A DNA stretch of 35,262 nt from a virus (IMGVR_UViG_3300016654_000061:1-35262); one strand, 5' to 3'; shown: positions 25,181 to 34,524, numbered from the stretch's first letter. The notes: a model not told the origin generated them from the sequence alone. Numbers and translations: made by a program.

Positions 25181-25550
25181 GCTCGCGAGAGCCGCGTGAT
25201 TGCTGCTCTCACCCTTAGTAAATTCTGCGCCCCAATCCTGTCTCAAGTTCTTGTCCGGCTAGACCCCCACCCAGTACGGGGGTCCGACTTTGGGTTGCGT
25301 GTCGGGTCCCATCCCTATACACAGTAATCCGCACAAACAATTACAAAATTTTGGCGTTCAAACAAATTAGACAATGACCCCCACCCCCCAAATATAGCGA
25401 CCTACCCCCTTCATTCCATGGGGCCCCCAAATCCGGCCGGGGGGTATATAATTTGCAAAGGGGCGGTGTGGTCAGGACCTTCCAGCAAGCGGGGTTCGTA
25501 CGACCATGCACACCACCGCCCCTCCTAATTATTAGACACTGCCCCGGTGC

Positions 25551-25580
25551 TTGACTTTTAGACACTTTTAGGGGTACAGT
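25551..25580 (+). promoter_or_regulatory. Rightward promoter, likely giving a leaderless terS transcript
   Basis: TTGACT-N18-TACAGT with the ATG 6 nt downstream; no SD upstream of 25587. Confidence 0.5.
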
Positions 25581-25586
25581 CCGGCC

Positions 25587-26183
25587 ATGTTGATTTTGAC
25601 ACCCGACCTCGAAATCCCGTTGATCGACGAACACGACCAGGATTTTGACAAACTGACCCTACGCGAGAGGGCAGAGGTAGCGGTGCGTACTATCAATATC
25701 CTGTCTGAGGCTGGCGCCGACTTTACTGGTGAAGAGCCGCAAGACATGGCAGTAGCCCGCGATGTGATTCGGGGCGAAGAAAAGCTGACCACCAAGACGG
25801 TCTTAAATAATCCTGGTGCCTTGGCCCACGTACGTCGCTTGCTATCTGAGTATGAAGAGCAGGTTGTAATTGAAGCAGCCGCGCTTCGTAACTACATCAC
25901 CAATAAATTAATTATTGAGTCGGATGACAACGACCCCAGGATTCGTATTAAGGCACTAGAACTTCTCGGCAAGATTAGTGACGTCGGCCTGTTCACAGAA
26001 AAATCAGAGATCACGTACAAGAACAAGTCTGACGAAGAATTGGATAAGACCCTTGAGTCCAAGATTCAAGAGATCCTTAACAAGAACACCATTGATGTGA
26101 CACCGGAGGAAGTGTTTGGAGAACGCTCAGAGCGAAGCCCATTCATCCAAAAGTCTGAACCTAGCGAACCTGTCGAGGGTTGA
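25587..26183 (+). CDS. terS: Putative terminase small subunit
   Basis: Directly upstream of TerL; RIKALELLGK...GLF.EK..I motif. Confidence 0.7.
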   Translation: MLILTPDLEIPLIDEHDQDFDKLTLRERAEVAVRTINILSEAGADFTGEEPQDMAVARDVIRGEEKLTTKTVLNNPGALAHVRRLLSEYEEQVVIEAAALRNYITNKLIIESDDNDPRIRIKALELLGKISDVGLFTEKSEITYKNKSDEELDKTLESKIQEILNKNTIDVTPEEVFGERSERSPFIQKSEPSEPVEG

Positions 26184-27636
26184 AAAGGAAAAACTTTTGG
26201 AAGCGCTCCTTGAGAAGGAGCGTAGGCATCGTGTTGCCTCTTGCAAGGCCGACTTCCTTGAGTACGTTAAGCACATGTGGCCAACATTTATTTCGGGCAG
26301 GCACCACCGGATCATGGCCGATGCATTTAACAAAGTGATGCGAGGAGAACTCAAGCGTGTCATCATTAATATGCCACCTCGACATACCAAATCTGAGTTC
26401 GCTTCATATCTATTCCCATCGTGGTTTCTGGGAAATCTGCCACATAAAAAAGTCATCCAGACATCCCACACGGCTGAACTTGCCACAGGCTTTGGTCGTA
26501 AGGTCCGAAACCTTGTGGACGGCGAAGAATACAAAAACCTTTTTGAGGACGTTGAACTCCAGGCAGACAGCAAAGCTGCGGGTCGTTGGAACACCAATCA
26601 CGGCGGGGAATATTTTGCAATTGGTGTCGGCGGTGCTGTTACGGGTAAGGGTGCCGACTTGCTTATTATTGACGACCCGCACTCAGAGCAGGAAGCGGTT
26701 CAAGCAGAAACTAATCCTGAGATATACGACAAAACCTACGAGTGGTACACCTCAGGACCCCGGCAGCGACTACAGCCAGGTGGCTCTATTGTTATTGTGA
26801 TGACGCGATGGTCCAAAAAGGACCTTACTGCGCAAGTATTAAAGTCATCACTACAGAGAAACGGCGAGACGTGGGAAGTAATTAACTTCCCGGCGATCAT
26901 GCCTAGCGGCACACCGCTGTGGCCCGAGTTCTGGCCCCTCGAAGAACTAGAAGTATTGAAAGAGCAACTACCTGTACATAAGTGGCAAGCCCAGTACATG
27001 CAGGACCCCACCTCCGCAGAAGGCGCACTGATTAAACGTGAGTGGTGGAGAGAGTGGGAGCGCGAGACGCCACCCCCATGTGAGTTCATCATTCAGTCTT
27101 GGGATACGGCCTACACTAAAAACACACGGTCGGACTACTCAGCATGCACAACGTGGGGGGTGTTCTATCAAGAAGATCCGGACACAGGCTATAAGAAGCC
27201 CAACATCATCTTGATGAATGCGTTTAAAGAGCGGATGGAGTTTCCGGAGTTAAAGCAGAAAGCGCTGGAGGAGTACCAGTATTGGAAGCCTGACGCGTGC
27301 ATTGTGGAAGCGAAGGCGGCTGGTGCTCCCCTGATATTTGAGTTACGTCAGGTTGGCGTGCTGGTCTCTGAGTACACCCCGTCTCGGGGTAATGACAAGA
27401 TCGCAAGGGTTAACGCGGTGGCTGATTTGTTTGCCTCCGGAGTAGTGTGGGCGCCCGCTACGCGGTGGGCGGAAGAAGTGATTGAGGAATTTGCGGCGTT
27501 TCCGGCTGGGGAACACGACGACTTGGTGGACTCTAGCACCCAGGCGCTGTTACGCTTTCGTCAGGGGGGCTTTATACCTCTGGACAGTGATGAAGCAGAC
27601 ACTCCGTTTGAGCCCCGAACGCGGGCTTATTACTAA
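26116..27636 (+). CDS. terL: Terminase large subunit
   Basis: INMPPRHTKS Walker A, LLIIDDP Walker B, VMTRW, QSWDTA, FP.G.HDDLVDS nuclease motifs; exact start uncertain. Confidence 0.95.
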   Translation: MENAQSEAHSSKSLNLANLSRVEKEKLLEALLEKERRHRVASCKADFLEYVKHMWPTFISGRHHRIMADAFNKVMRGELKRVIINMPPRHTKSEFASYLFPSWFLGNLPHKKVIQTSHTAELATGFGRKVRNLVDGEEYKNLFEDVELQADSKAAGRWNTNHGGEYFAIGVGGAVTGKGADLLIIDDPHSEQEAVQAETNPEIYDKTYEWYTSGPRQRLQPGGSIVIVMTRWSKKDLTAQVLKSSLQRNGETWEVINFPAIMPSGTPLWPEFWPLEELEVLKEQLPVHKWQAQYMQDPTSAEGALIKREWWREWERETPPPCEFIIQSWDTAYTKNTRSDYSACTTWGVFYQEDPDTGYKKPNIILMNAFKERMEFPELKQKALEEYQYWKPDACIVEAKAAGAPLIFELRQVGVLVSEYTPSRGNDKIARVNAVADLFASGVVWAPATRWAEEVIEEFAAFPAGEHDDLVDSSTQALLRFRQGGFIPLDSDEADTPFEPRTRAYY

Positions 27637-27649
27637 TTAAGGACCAAAA

Positions 27650-30028
27650 ATGGCTATTGATAAGGCACTTTACGAAGCCCCCCAGGGGCTGCAGGCTCTA
27701 GATATGGAGCCAATTGAGATTCAGATCGAAGATCCGGAGTCTGTAAACATTGGTATAGACGGCATTGAGATTGAAATTGAGCCCGGACGCAAGCAAGAAA
27801 CGGGCATAAAAGACTTTTATGCCAACCTGGCTGAGCACATGGAGGAGAGCGCCCTTCAGATGCTGTCTGAAGAATTGATTGACAACTTTGATAATGACAA
27901 GCGCTCAAGAAAAGAGTGGGAGAAGACCTATAAAGAAGGCCTTGACTTGCTCGGTTTGCGTATTGAGAACCGCACAGAGCCGTGGCCCGGGGCCTGCGGC
28001 GTGTTTCACCCGATACTAACTGAGGCTACGGTGCGCTTTCAGTCCGAAGCGATCATGGAGACGTTTCCTCCAAGGGGCCCAGTTAAGGCCAAGATCCTAG
28101 GTAAAGAAGATGCCATGGCTGAAAAAGCTGCTGAGCGCGTCAAAGACTATATGAACTACGTGTTGACCGAGAAAATGGTCAATTACCGCTCTGAGCATGA
28201 GCGTATGTTGTGGTCCCTACCCCTGACTGGCTCTGCCTTTAAGAAGGTTTACTACGACCCAACGGTTAAACGCCCCGAGGCAATCTTTATTCCTGCCGAA
28301 GACTTCGTTGCACCGTTTACGGCGTCGGATCTAGAGTCATGCGAGCGGTTTACGCACGTCATGCGCAAGGTCAAAAACGAGATTCGCAAGATGCAGATAA
28401 GCGGTTTTTACCGCGACGTCGAGCTAGAAGACCCCCCAGAAGTAGTTACAGACGACGTGAAGAAGTCTCAGGCCGAGGCTCAGGGCATCGACATCATTAA
28501 AGATGACCGATACACCCTGCTTGAGATGAATGTAAACCTTGATTTAGAGGATGACCCATACCGGGCCGAGGGCGGCATTGAGATTCCATATGTAGTCACC
28601 GTTGATTACAACAGTGGTCAGGTGCTGTCGATCTATCGCAACTGGAATGACGATGACGAAACCTATAAACGACGTATGCACTACGTCAAATACGATTACG
28701 TGCCCGGATTTGGTTTCTATGGTTACGGTCTTATCCATCTTATTGGTGGGCACGCCAAGTCTGCTACTTCTCTACTGCGCCAACTTATTGACGCTGGAAC
28801 ACTTTCCAATCTTCCGGGTGGCCTAAAGACCCGGGGTATGCGGATTAAAGGGGACGACACCCCGATCATGCCCGGCGAGTTCCGTGATGTGGACGTGCCA
28901 AGCGGCAAGATCCAAGAAAATATCGCGTTTTTGCCCTACAAAGAGCCCAGCCAGACGCTTTTGCAGTTGTTTGACAAGATTGTTGAGCAGGGACGGGGTA
29001 TGGCAGCGGTTGCTGACCTGAAAATTGGTGATGTTGACCAAAATACGCCGGTTGGTACCACGCTGGCGGTCTTGGAACGCATGCTCAAGATCATGTCTGC
29101 CGTTCAGGCACGTATGCACGCGACACTTAAGCGTGAATTTGGGCTTCTAAAAGAGATTATTGCTACGACGCCCCCCGCTTCCTACGAGTACAACGTTGAT
29201 CCGGACCGGATGGTCAAGATGCCGGACTTTGACCGGGTAGATGTGATCCCTGTTTCGGACCCGAACGCATCAACTTTTTCTCAACGCATGCTGCAGTACC
29301 AAGCAGCCCTGCAGTTGTCCAAAGAAAAGCCAGAATTGTTTGACCAACCCGAGCTGTATCGCGGGATGATCCGCCTGATTGGCTTTGAGAACGCCGATAA
29401 GATTGTGCCGAAGAAGGACGAGGTGCCGTATCGTGACCCCGTGTCTGAAAACGCCATGATTCTTCAGGGCAAACCGGTTAAAGCATTCCCGGAACAGGAC
29501 CATGAGGCCCACATAACTGTACATACAACAGCTATGCAGGACCCGAAGATCCGTGAATTGGTCGGCCAATCACCCCAGGCTAATGCACTCATGGCTGCAG
29601 CCCAGGAACACATTGCCGAACACATGGGATACGCCTATCGCAATCAGATTCAGCAGGCCCTTGGCATTGAGATTCCAGAGTTGGGCGCCAAAATGGACCC
29701 CCTTATGGAGAACCAGCTGTCTCGCCTTATGGCAGATGCCGCTAAGAAGGTGCTTTCTCAGAGCCAAGCCGAGGTTGCCCAGAAAGAAGCCATGGCCCAA
29801 GCCAAAGACCCCCTTAATGAGATCCAGCGCCAAGAACTTCAGATCAAAGCAGCCGAAGTTGAGCGCAAAACCAAGAAGGACATGTCTGACGCCGCCCTGC
29901 GTTCCGCCGAGCTGGCTATTAAACAGGAAGAAGTGGAAGCCAAGGGGCGAGAACTACAGTCCAAACTTGCTTCCCAAGAAACTATGGAGGGCTTTAGAGC
30001 AGCAGTTAACTTGAGGAAAGGCGGGTAA
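27650..30028 (+). CDS. Portal protein
   Basis: 792 aa immediately after TerL; GSAFKKVYYD, GFYGYGL; C-terminal coiled coil as in P22-like portals. Confidence 0.88.
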   Translation: MAIDKALYEAPQGLQALDMEPIEIQIEDPESVNIGIDGIEIEIEPGRKQETGIKDFYANLAEHMEESALQMLSEELIDNFDNDKRSRKEWEKTYKEGLDLLGLRIENRTEPWPGACGVFHPILTEATVRFQSEAIMETFPPRGPVKAKILGKEDAMAEKAAERVKDYMNYVLTEKMVNYRSEHERMLWSLPLTGSAFKKVYYDPTVKRPEAIFIPAEDFVAPFTASDLESCERFTHVMRKVKNEIRKMQISGFYRDVELEDPPEVVTDDVKKSQAEAQGIDIIKDDRYTLLEMNVNLDLEDDPYRAEGGIEIPYVVTVDYNSGQVLSIYRNWNDDDETYKRRMHYVKYDYVPGFGFYGYGLIHLIGGHAKSATSLLRQLIDAGTLSNLPGGLKTRGMRIKGDDTPIMPGEFRDVDVPSGKIQENIAFLPYKEPSQTLLQLFDKIVEQGRGMAAVADLKIGDVDQNTPVGTTLAVLERMLKIMSAVQARMHATLKREFGLLKEIIATTPPASYEYNVDPDRMVKMPDFDRVDVIPVSDPNASTFSQRMLQYQAALQLSKEKPELFDQPELYRGMIRLIGFENADKIVPKKDEVPYRDPVSENAMILQGKPVKAFPEQDHEAHITVHTTAMQDPKIRELVGQSPQANALMAAAQEHIAEHMGYAYRNQIQQALGIEIPELGAKMDPLMENQLSRLMADAAKKVLSQSQAEVAQKEAMAQAKDPLNEIQRQELQIKAAEVERKTKKDMSDAALRSAELAIKQEEVEAKGRELQSKLASQETMEGFRAAVNLRKGG

Positions 30029-30033
30029 ACACC

Positions 30034-30234
30034 ATGGGGATGTCTATAGAGGAGAAGTACTCAGAGGAGTTGCGTCAAGAGTTGGAAAGGCAGGCAGAAG
30101 ACCTAGCAATGGGCTCGGCCGACGACTACCCCGAATATAGGGAGCGCGTTGGTTACGTCAAAGGGATTATGTTTGCCGCAGACGCATTTAAATCAATTGC
30201 TAATAGAGCAAGAAAGGAACCATTAGATGATTAG
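30034..30234 (+). CDS. Small conserved head-module protein (66 aa)
   Basis: L..G...DY.EY...VG...GI pattern; located between portal and GroES. Confidence 0.75.
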   Translation: MGMSIEEKYSEELRQELERQAEDLAMGSADDYPEYRERVGYVKGIMFAADAFKSIANRARKEPLDD

Positions 30235-30628
30235 AGGGGTAGGTGTGCCAAACGTAGAGGCCACCAAAAAGAAAGTAGAAGAGGCCATAGCAACCCATAT
30301 GTTGCCAGTACCCAAAGGCTGGAAGGTGCTTATTGCCATGCCAGTATTTGAAGAAAAAGCCTCGGCCTCAGGAATTATTTTGCCTTCTCAGACCAAAAAC
30401 GCCGAAGAAGTAGCAGCGAACATTGGTTTGGTTGTGGCAATGGGGGGCGAAGCCTACATGGACGCTTCTAAATTCCCTAATGGCCCCTGGTGCAAGATTG
30501 GCGACTTTGTGATGATGCGGTCGTATTCTGGCACCCGGTTCAGTATTGGTGGACATGAGTTCCGGATGATTAACGACGACACGGTTGAGGGTGTGGTTGA
30601 AGATCCATCAGGGTTTACCCGAGCATAA
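30227..30628 (+). CDS. groES: GroES/Cpn10-like co-chaperonin
   Basis: P.GWKVLI, SGIILP mobile loop, VVAMG, K.GD.V....YSGT, INDD.VEGVV. Confidence 0.88.
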   Translation: MIRGVGVPNVEATKKKVEEAIATHMLPVPKGWKVLIAMPVFEEKASASGIILPSQTKNAEEVAANIGLVVAMGGEAYMDASKFPNGPWCKIGDFVMMRSYSGTRFSIGGHEFRMINDDTVEGVVEDPSGFTRA

Positions 30629-30638
30629 GGAGCAAAAC

Positions 30639-31601
30639 ATGGCAAACAAAATGCGAACATTGATTAACGGAGAAGAGCAAGAGGGTCTTGGTGAAGATGG
30701 GCTTCCCAACGAAACTCAGGTTCTTAAAACCGCCGAAAAAGAAACCGAAGGTGTTGAGTATGTAGTGGAGGGGGAGGAAGAAGCCCCGAAGCGCCCTGCA
30801 AAAGCCGATTCTTCTGATGAACTAGCCGATTACAAGGCCAGTAAAGATGAAGAATACGAGACGCTTAAAAAGCAGTTGGAGGAAGAGCGCCAGTTGCGCG
30901 CCCAAGTCCAACAAGAACAAGAGGAAGCCTATCGGTTTGCTCAACAGGCGCACGAAGAGAACCAACGCCTGCAAAATGTTCTTAAACAGGGCACCACGCT
31001 TTATACCGATACTGTCAAATCTAAACTAGAGGGCGACCTGCAGGCGGCTCAGCGGGCTTATAAGGAGGCTTATGAGTCTGGTGATTCTGAAGGGATGGTC
31101 GAAGCGCAAGTCAAAATTGCGGAACTGATTGCTGAACGGAAAGAAATTTCTAGACAGCCCCCTTTACAAATCCAAGAAACACCTGTATATAGTCAACCTA
31201 TACAGCAGGCTGCTTCAAGTCCATCTGTACCAAAAGCAGATCCAAAAGCCGAAGCTTGGTACGAACGTAACAAGACTTGGTTTGGTTCAGATGATGAGAT
31301 GACGGCAATTGCCTATGCTGTGGACAAAAAACTCATGCGGGAAGGCGTTGACCCCCGTACGGATGAATACTACAGGCGCATGGACGCTCGTCTTCGTGAA
31401 GTCTTTCCGGATAGGTTTGAAGACACAAGACAGCAACAACCTGTAAGACAGCAATCCACTGTGGTTGCTCCAGCTTCTAGAAGTGCTTCCCCAAAGACCG
31501 TCAAGATCCCGCCCGGTGGCGCGGCTGTTGCACGTAAATTGGGTATACCTCTGGAAGAGTATGCAAAACAATGGGCTGCTGTTAATGGAAGGAGTCAATA
31601 A
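30639..31601 (+). CDS. Putative capsid scaffolding protein
   Basis: Start re-called after AAGGAG; acidic coiled coil; W...N.WFG, A.KLG.PLEEYAK. Confidence 0.7.
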   Translation: MANKMRTLINGEEQEGLGEDGLPNETQVLKTAEKETEGVEYVVEGEEEAPKRPAKADSSDELADYKASKDEEYETLKKQLEEERQLRAQVQQEQEEAYRFAQQAHEENQRLQNVLKQGTTLYTDTVKSKLEGDLQAAQRAYKEAYESGDSEGMVEAQVKIAELIAERKEISRQPPLQIQETPVYSQPIQQAASSPSVPKADPKAEAWYERNKTWFGSDDEMTAIAYAVDKKLMREGVDPRTDEYYRRMDARLREVFPDRFEDTRQQQPVRQQSTVVAPASRSASPKTVKIPPGGAAVARKLGIPLEEYAKQWAAVNGRSQ

Positions 31602-32059
31602 TGGGTAATCAGAATCGTATGAGCCGTGAGTTGGAGAGCCGCGAACAGTCTATGCGGGATGAAGCGTGGGCACCTCCAAGTCAATTACCAACCCCCGAGC
31701 CACAGGCTGGGTACAAATTCCGTTGGATTCGTACTTCGGTTATGGGTTTAGATGACGCTAGGAACGTTTCTATGCGCCGTCGTGAGGGCTGGGAGCCGGT
31801 AAAAGCAGAAGATCACCCCGAGCTGCTTCTTGATTTGGGCCTCGATGGATCCACCCCGAAGACTGGACTTGTATTATTTGGCGGCCTTATGTTGTGCAAG
31901 AACCTTGACAATACTATTGAGAAACGCAACCGCTACTATGAAAATATGGCGGATCAACAGGCAAGGTCCGTGGACAACAACTTCATGCGAGAGAACGACG
32001 CTCGTATGCCTCTCTTTAGTGAGAAGCGTGCGGAGGTCACTTTCGGACGCGGAAATTAA
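31601..32059 (+). CDS. Conserved head-module hypothetical protein
   Basis: W.PP..L, GY.FRWIR, REGWEPV, GGLML; TAATG coupling. Confidence 0.75.
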   Translation: MGNQNRMSRELESREQSMRDEAWAPPSQLPTPEPQAGYKFRWIRTSVMGLDDARNVSMRRREGWEPVKAEDHPELLLDLGLDGSTPKTGLVLFGGLMLCKNLDNTIEKRNRYYENMADQQARSVDNNFMRENDARMPLFSEKRAEVTFGRGN

Positions 32060-32079
32060 TTTTAAAAGGAGTATAGGCA

Positions 32080-32688
32080 ATGGCTTATCCTAGTGTTTCA
32101 GCCCCCTACGGCCTAGCACCCATCAATTTGCTAGGTGGCCGGGTGTTTGCTGGTGCGACTCGCCAACTTCCTATCGCCTCTGGTGAAACTACTGCCATTT
32201 TTTATGGTGACGTAGTGACCCTGAGCACGACCGGAACGATCACTAAAGTCGAAACCACGGCAACCGCTACCACTATTGGTGTGTTCCTGGGATGTACTTA
32301 TGTTGACCCCAACACTTCTCAGCCTGTTTTCAAACAGTACTACCCCGGTGGTCTGTCTGTTAGCGGCATGAAGGCTTATGTTCAGGACGATCCTCAGCAG
32401 CTGTACAAAGTTGCTGTTGTTTCTAGTGGTACAACCATTAGTTACCTGACTCAGGCCGCCGTTGGTAAGAACGTTTCTCTGGTTCAGAACTCTGGCGTTA
32501 CCACTTCTGGTGACTCCCGCGTTGCTGTTCTCAACACCACCGACACGGAAACTACCCTGCCGATGCGTGTTGTGGACGTTGTTCCCGAGACCGCTATTGC
32601 CGGTTATGCCGGTTCGTATACTGAGGTGATCGTCAAGTTCAACTTTGGCATCTCCTTGTATGAAAATGCCACTGGAAGGAGTGCATAA
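32080..32688 (+). CDS. Putative capsid decoration/cement protein
   Basis: Beta-rich, Thr/Gly/Val-rich; directly upstream of and coupled to the MCP; RBS AAAGGAG. Confidence 0.65.
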   Translation: MAYPSVSAPYGLAPINLLGGRVFAGATRQLPIASGETTAIFYGDVVTLSTTGTITKVETTATATTIGVFLGCTYVDPNTSQPVFKQYYPGGLSVSGMKAYVQDDPQQLYKVAVVSSGTTISYLTQAAVGKNVSLVQNSGVTTSGDSRVAVLNTTDTETTLPMRVVDVVPETAIAGYAGSYTEVIVKFNFGISLYENATGRSA

Positions 32689-33599
32689 TGGCTATTTCAC
32701 GTGCCCAACTACTTAAGGAACTCCTGCCCGGACTGAACGCTTTGTTCGGTATGGAGTACACCCGCTACGGCGAAGAGCACAAAGAGATTTTCCAAACGGA
32801 AACCTCTGAGCGTTCCTTTGAAGAAGAAGTCAAGCTGTCCGGCTTCTCTGCCGCTCCGGTTAAGAACGAAGGTCAGGCTATCGCTTATGACAACGCGCAA
32901 GAGGCTTTCTCTGCTCGTTACACCCATGAGACGATCGCTCTGGGCTTCTCGATTACCGAAGAGGCTATCGAAGACAACCTGTATGACAGCCTGTCGGCTC
33001 GTTATACTAAGGCTCTGGCCCGCGCTATGGCTTACACCAAGCAAGTTAAGGCTGCCAACATCCTGAACAACGGTTTCAACTCGTCCTACGCAGGTGGCGA
33101 CGGCGTTGAGTTGTTCTCGACGGCTCACCCGCTTGTTTCTGGTGGCACTAACTCCAACGAGCCTTCGACCCCTGCTGACCTGAACGAGACTTCTCTTGAA
33201 GCCGCCGTTATTCAGATCGCTGCATGGACCGACGAGCGTGGCCTGCTGATTGCTGCTAAGCCCCGCAAACTCGTTGTGCCTCCCGCACTGATGTTCGTTG
33301 CAACCCGCCTGCTGGAAACTGAACTCCGCGTGGCTACGGCTGACAACGACATCAACGCTCTGAAGAACAATGGTTCGATTCCTGAGGGTTACACCGTTAA
33401 CCACTTCCTGACGGATACGAACGCATGGTTCCTCACCACTGATGTGCCTAACGGTCTGAAGCACTTTGTGCGTACGCCAATGAGCACCTCGATGGACGGA
33501 GACTTTGATACCGGCAACGTCCGTTACAAAGCCCGCGAGCGTTATTCGTTCGGTTGGTCTGATCCTCTGGGCATCTTTGGTTCGCCCGGTGCGTCCTAA
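32688..33599 (+). CDS. Major capsid protein (Mu gpT-like family)
   Basis: MAISRAQLLKELLPGLNALFG...DGVELFSTAHP...YKARERYSFGWSDP; strong codon bias. Confidence 0.92.
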   Translation: MAISRAQLLKELLPGLNALFGMEYTRYGEEHKEIFQTETSERSFEEEVKLSGFSAAPVKNEGQAIAYDNAQEAFSARYTHETIALGFSITEEAIEDNLYDSLSARYTKALARAMAYTKQVKAANILNNGFNSSYAGGDGVELFSTAHPLVSGGTNSNEPSTPADLNETSLEAAVIQIAAWTDERGLLIAAKPRKLVVPPALMFVATRLLETELRVATADNDINALKNNGSIPEGYTVNHFLTDTNAWFLTTDVPNGLKHFVRTPMSTSMDGDFDTGNVRYKARERYSFGWSDPLGIFGSPGAS

Positions 33600-34108
33600 T
33601 TAACCTTTTTGGTTAATGGAGGGGGCTTTTTAGCCCCCTTTTTCTTTTCTAGCCACTCATTGTGGTGATGTATGCGGTGACAATTTGCGCACAGCACAAT
33701 GCATCGAGTCTGTACTTCTTCTATCGCACGTCGAAAAGACCCGCAGGCCAACAGTCGATTGACCTTTTGATTGTCTGGTTTGCGTACTATGTGGTGAAAA
33801 TCTAGGGTTGCGGGGTGGTTTTGACCGCATTGGACACAGGAAAGGGTGGCTTTGTACTCAGCCCAGGCCTGCTTGTAGAGTTTTTTACGTGCTTTGGTGC
33901 GCTCTTTATATGCCTCTTTGTTCTTTTGATAGTGCTCTTTTCGGTACTTCTTGTAGTACTCCTCGTTGTTTTCACGGGTTCTTTTCTTCCGCTCCCGCTC
34001 TTTTTCTGATGTTTTGTATACCGTTTTGGTATATGGCGGCTTAAAAAGTATTGACTTTTTCAAAGTTTTTTCTTCCAGTAACAGGCGGTTTCTGCGCCGT
34101 AGGGCCAA
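33596..34108 (-). CDS. HNH endonuclease, opposite strand within the structural operon
   Basis: CVQCG...LDFHH...C.VLCANCHRIHH; start uncertain. Confidence 0.85.
   Translation of the reverse strand: MALRRRNRLLLEEKTLKKSILFKPPYTKTVYKTSEKERERKKRTRENNEEYYKKYRKEHYQKNKEAYKERTKARKKLYKQAWAEYKATLSCVQCGQNHPATLDFHHIVRKPDNQKVNRLLACGSFRRAIEEVQTRCIVLCANCHRIHHHNEWLEKKKGAKKPPPLTKKVN
33620..33648 (+). terminator. Rho-independent terminator after the MCP
   Basis: GGGGGCT-TTTT-AGCCCCC followed by TTTTTCTTTT. Confidence 0.8.
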
Positions 34109-34494
34109 GCCGGTTGATACATTAAGTATCCAGCTTTTATGAGGTTGTTGGCACTTTGTGGGTTGTCGTTAGTGTCGGAAATCATATACACCCAACCAAG
34201 CTTCTTTGCTAACCGCTCTCTTATGCGAATCATTTTTCTTTGCAGGCCCCTACCCCTGTGGCAACGCATCACCGCAGACCGCCATAAATATCCGCAGTCA
34301 CTCCAGCGTATTGTGCGCCGCATCGCGCAAAAGCCTACCAGTTCTTTATCGAGCTTGACAACCCACCAATACCCCTCAGTTGGCTCCAGCACTTCATCTT
34401 CAGGAAAACACTTCTTGTGCATCCACATGATGGTTTTGCACGTTTCCTTGTCAGCCAGGTTGACCCTGAAAAATTTGTACTTTGGCGGTTGCAT
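34060..34494 (-). CDS. GNAT-family acetyltransferase
   Basis: LVGFC, V...HRGRGLQRKMI acetyl-CoA motif A, N..SANNL.KAGY. Confidence 0.88.
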   Translation of the reverse strand: MQPPKYKFFRVNLADKETCKTIMWMHKKCFPEDEVLEPTEGYWWVVKLDKELVGFCAMRRTIRWSDCGYLWRSAVMRCHRGRGLQRKMIRIRERLAKKLGWVYMISDTNDNPQSANNLIKAGYLMYQPAWPYGAETACYWKKKL

Positions 34495-34517
34495 ATCCCA
34501 TAATTTACTGGTATAAG
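34489..34517 (+). promoter_or_regulatory. Putative rightward promoter upstream of the structured RNA
   Basis: TTGCAT-N17-TATAAG with TGn extension. Confidence 0.45.
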
Positions 34518-34524
34518 ATTACAA

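Noticed and set aside
32709-33464. Long antisense ORF over the MCP (similarly 18705-19379, 19736-20236, 24779-25327)
   Set aside because: Shadow frames caused by codon bias of the real genes on the opposite strand.
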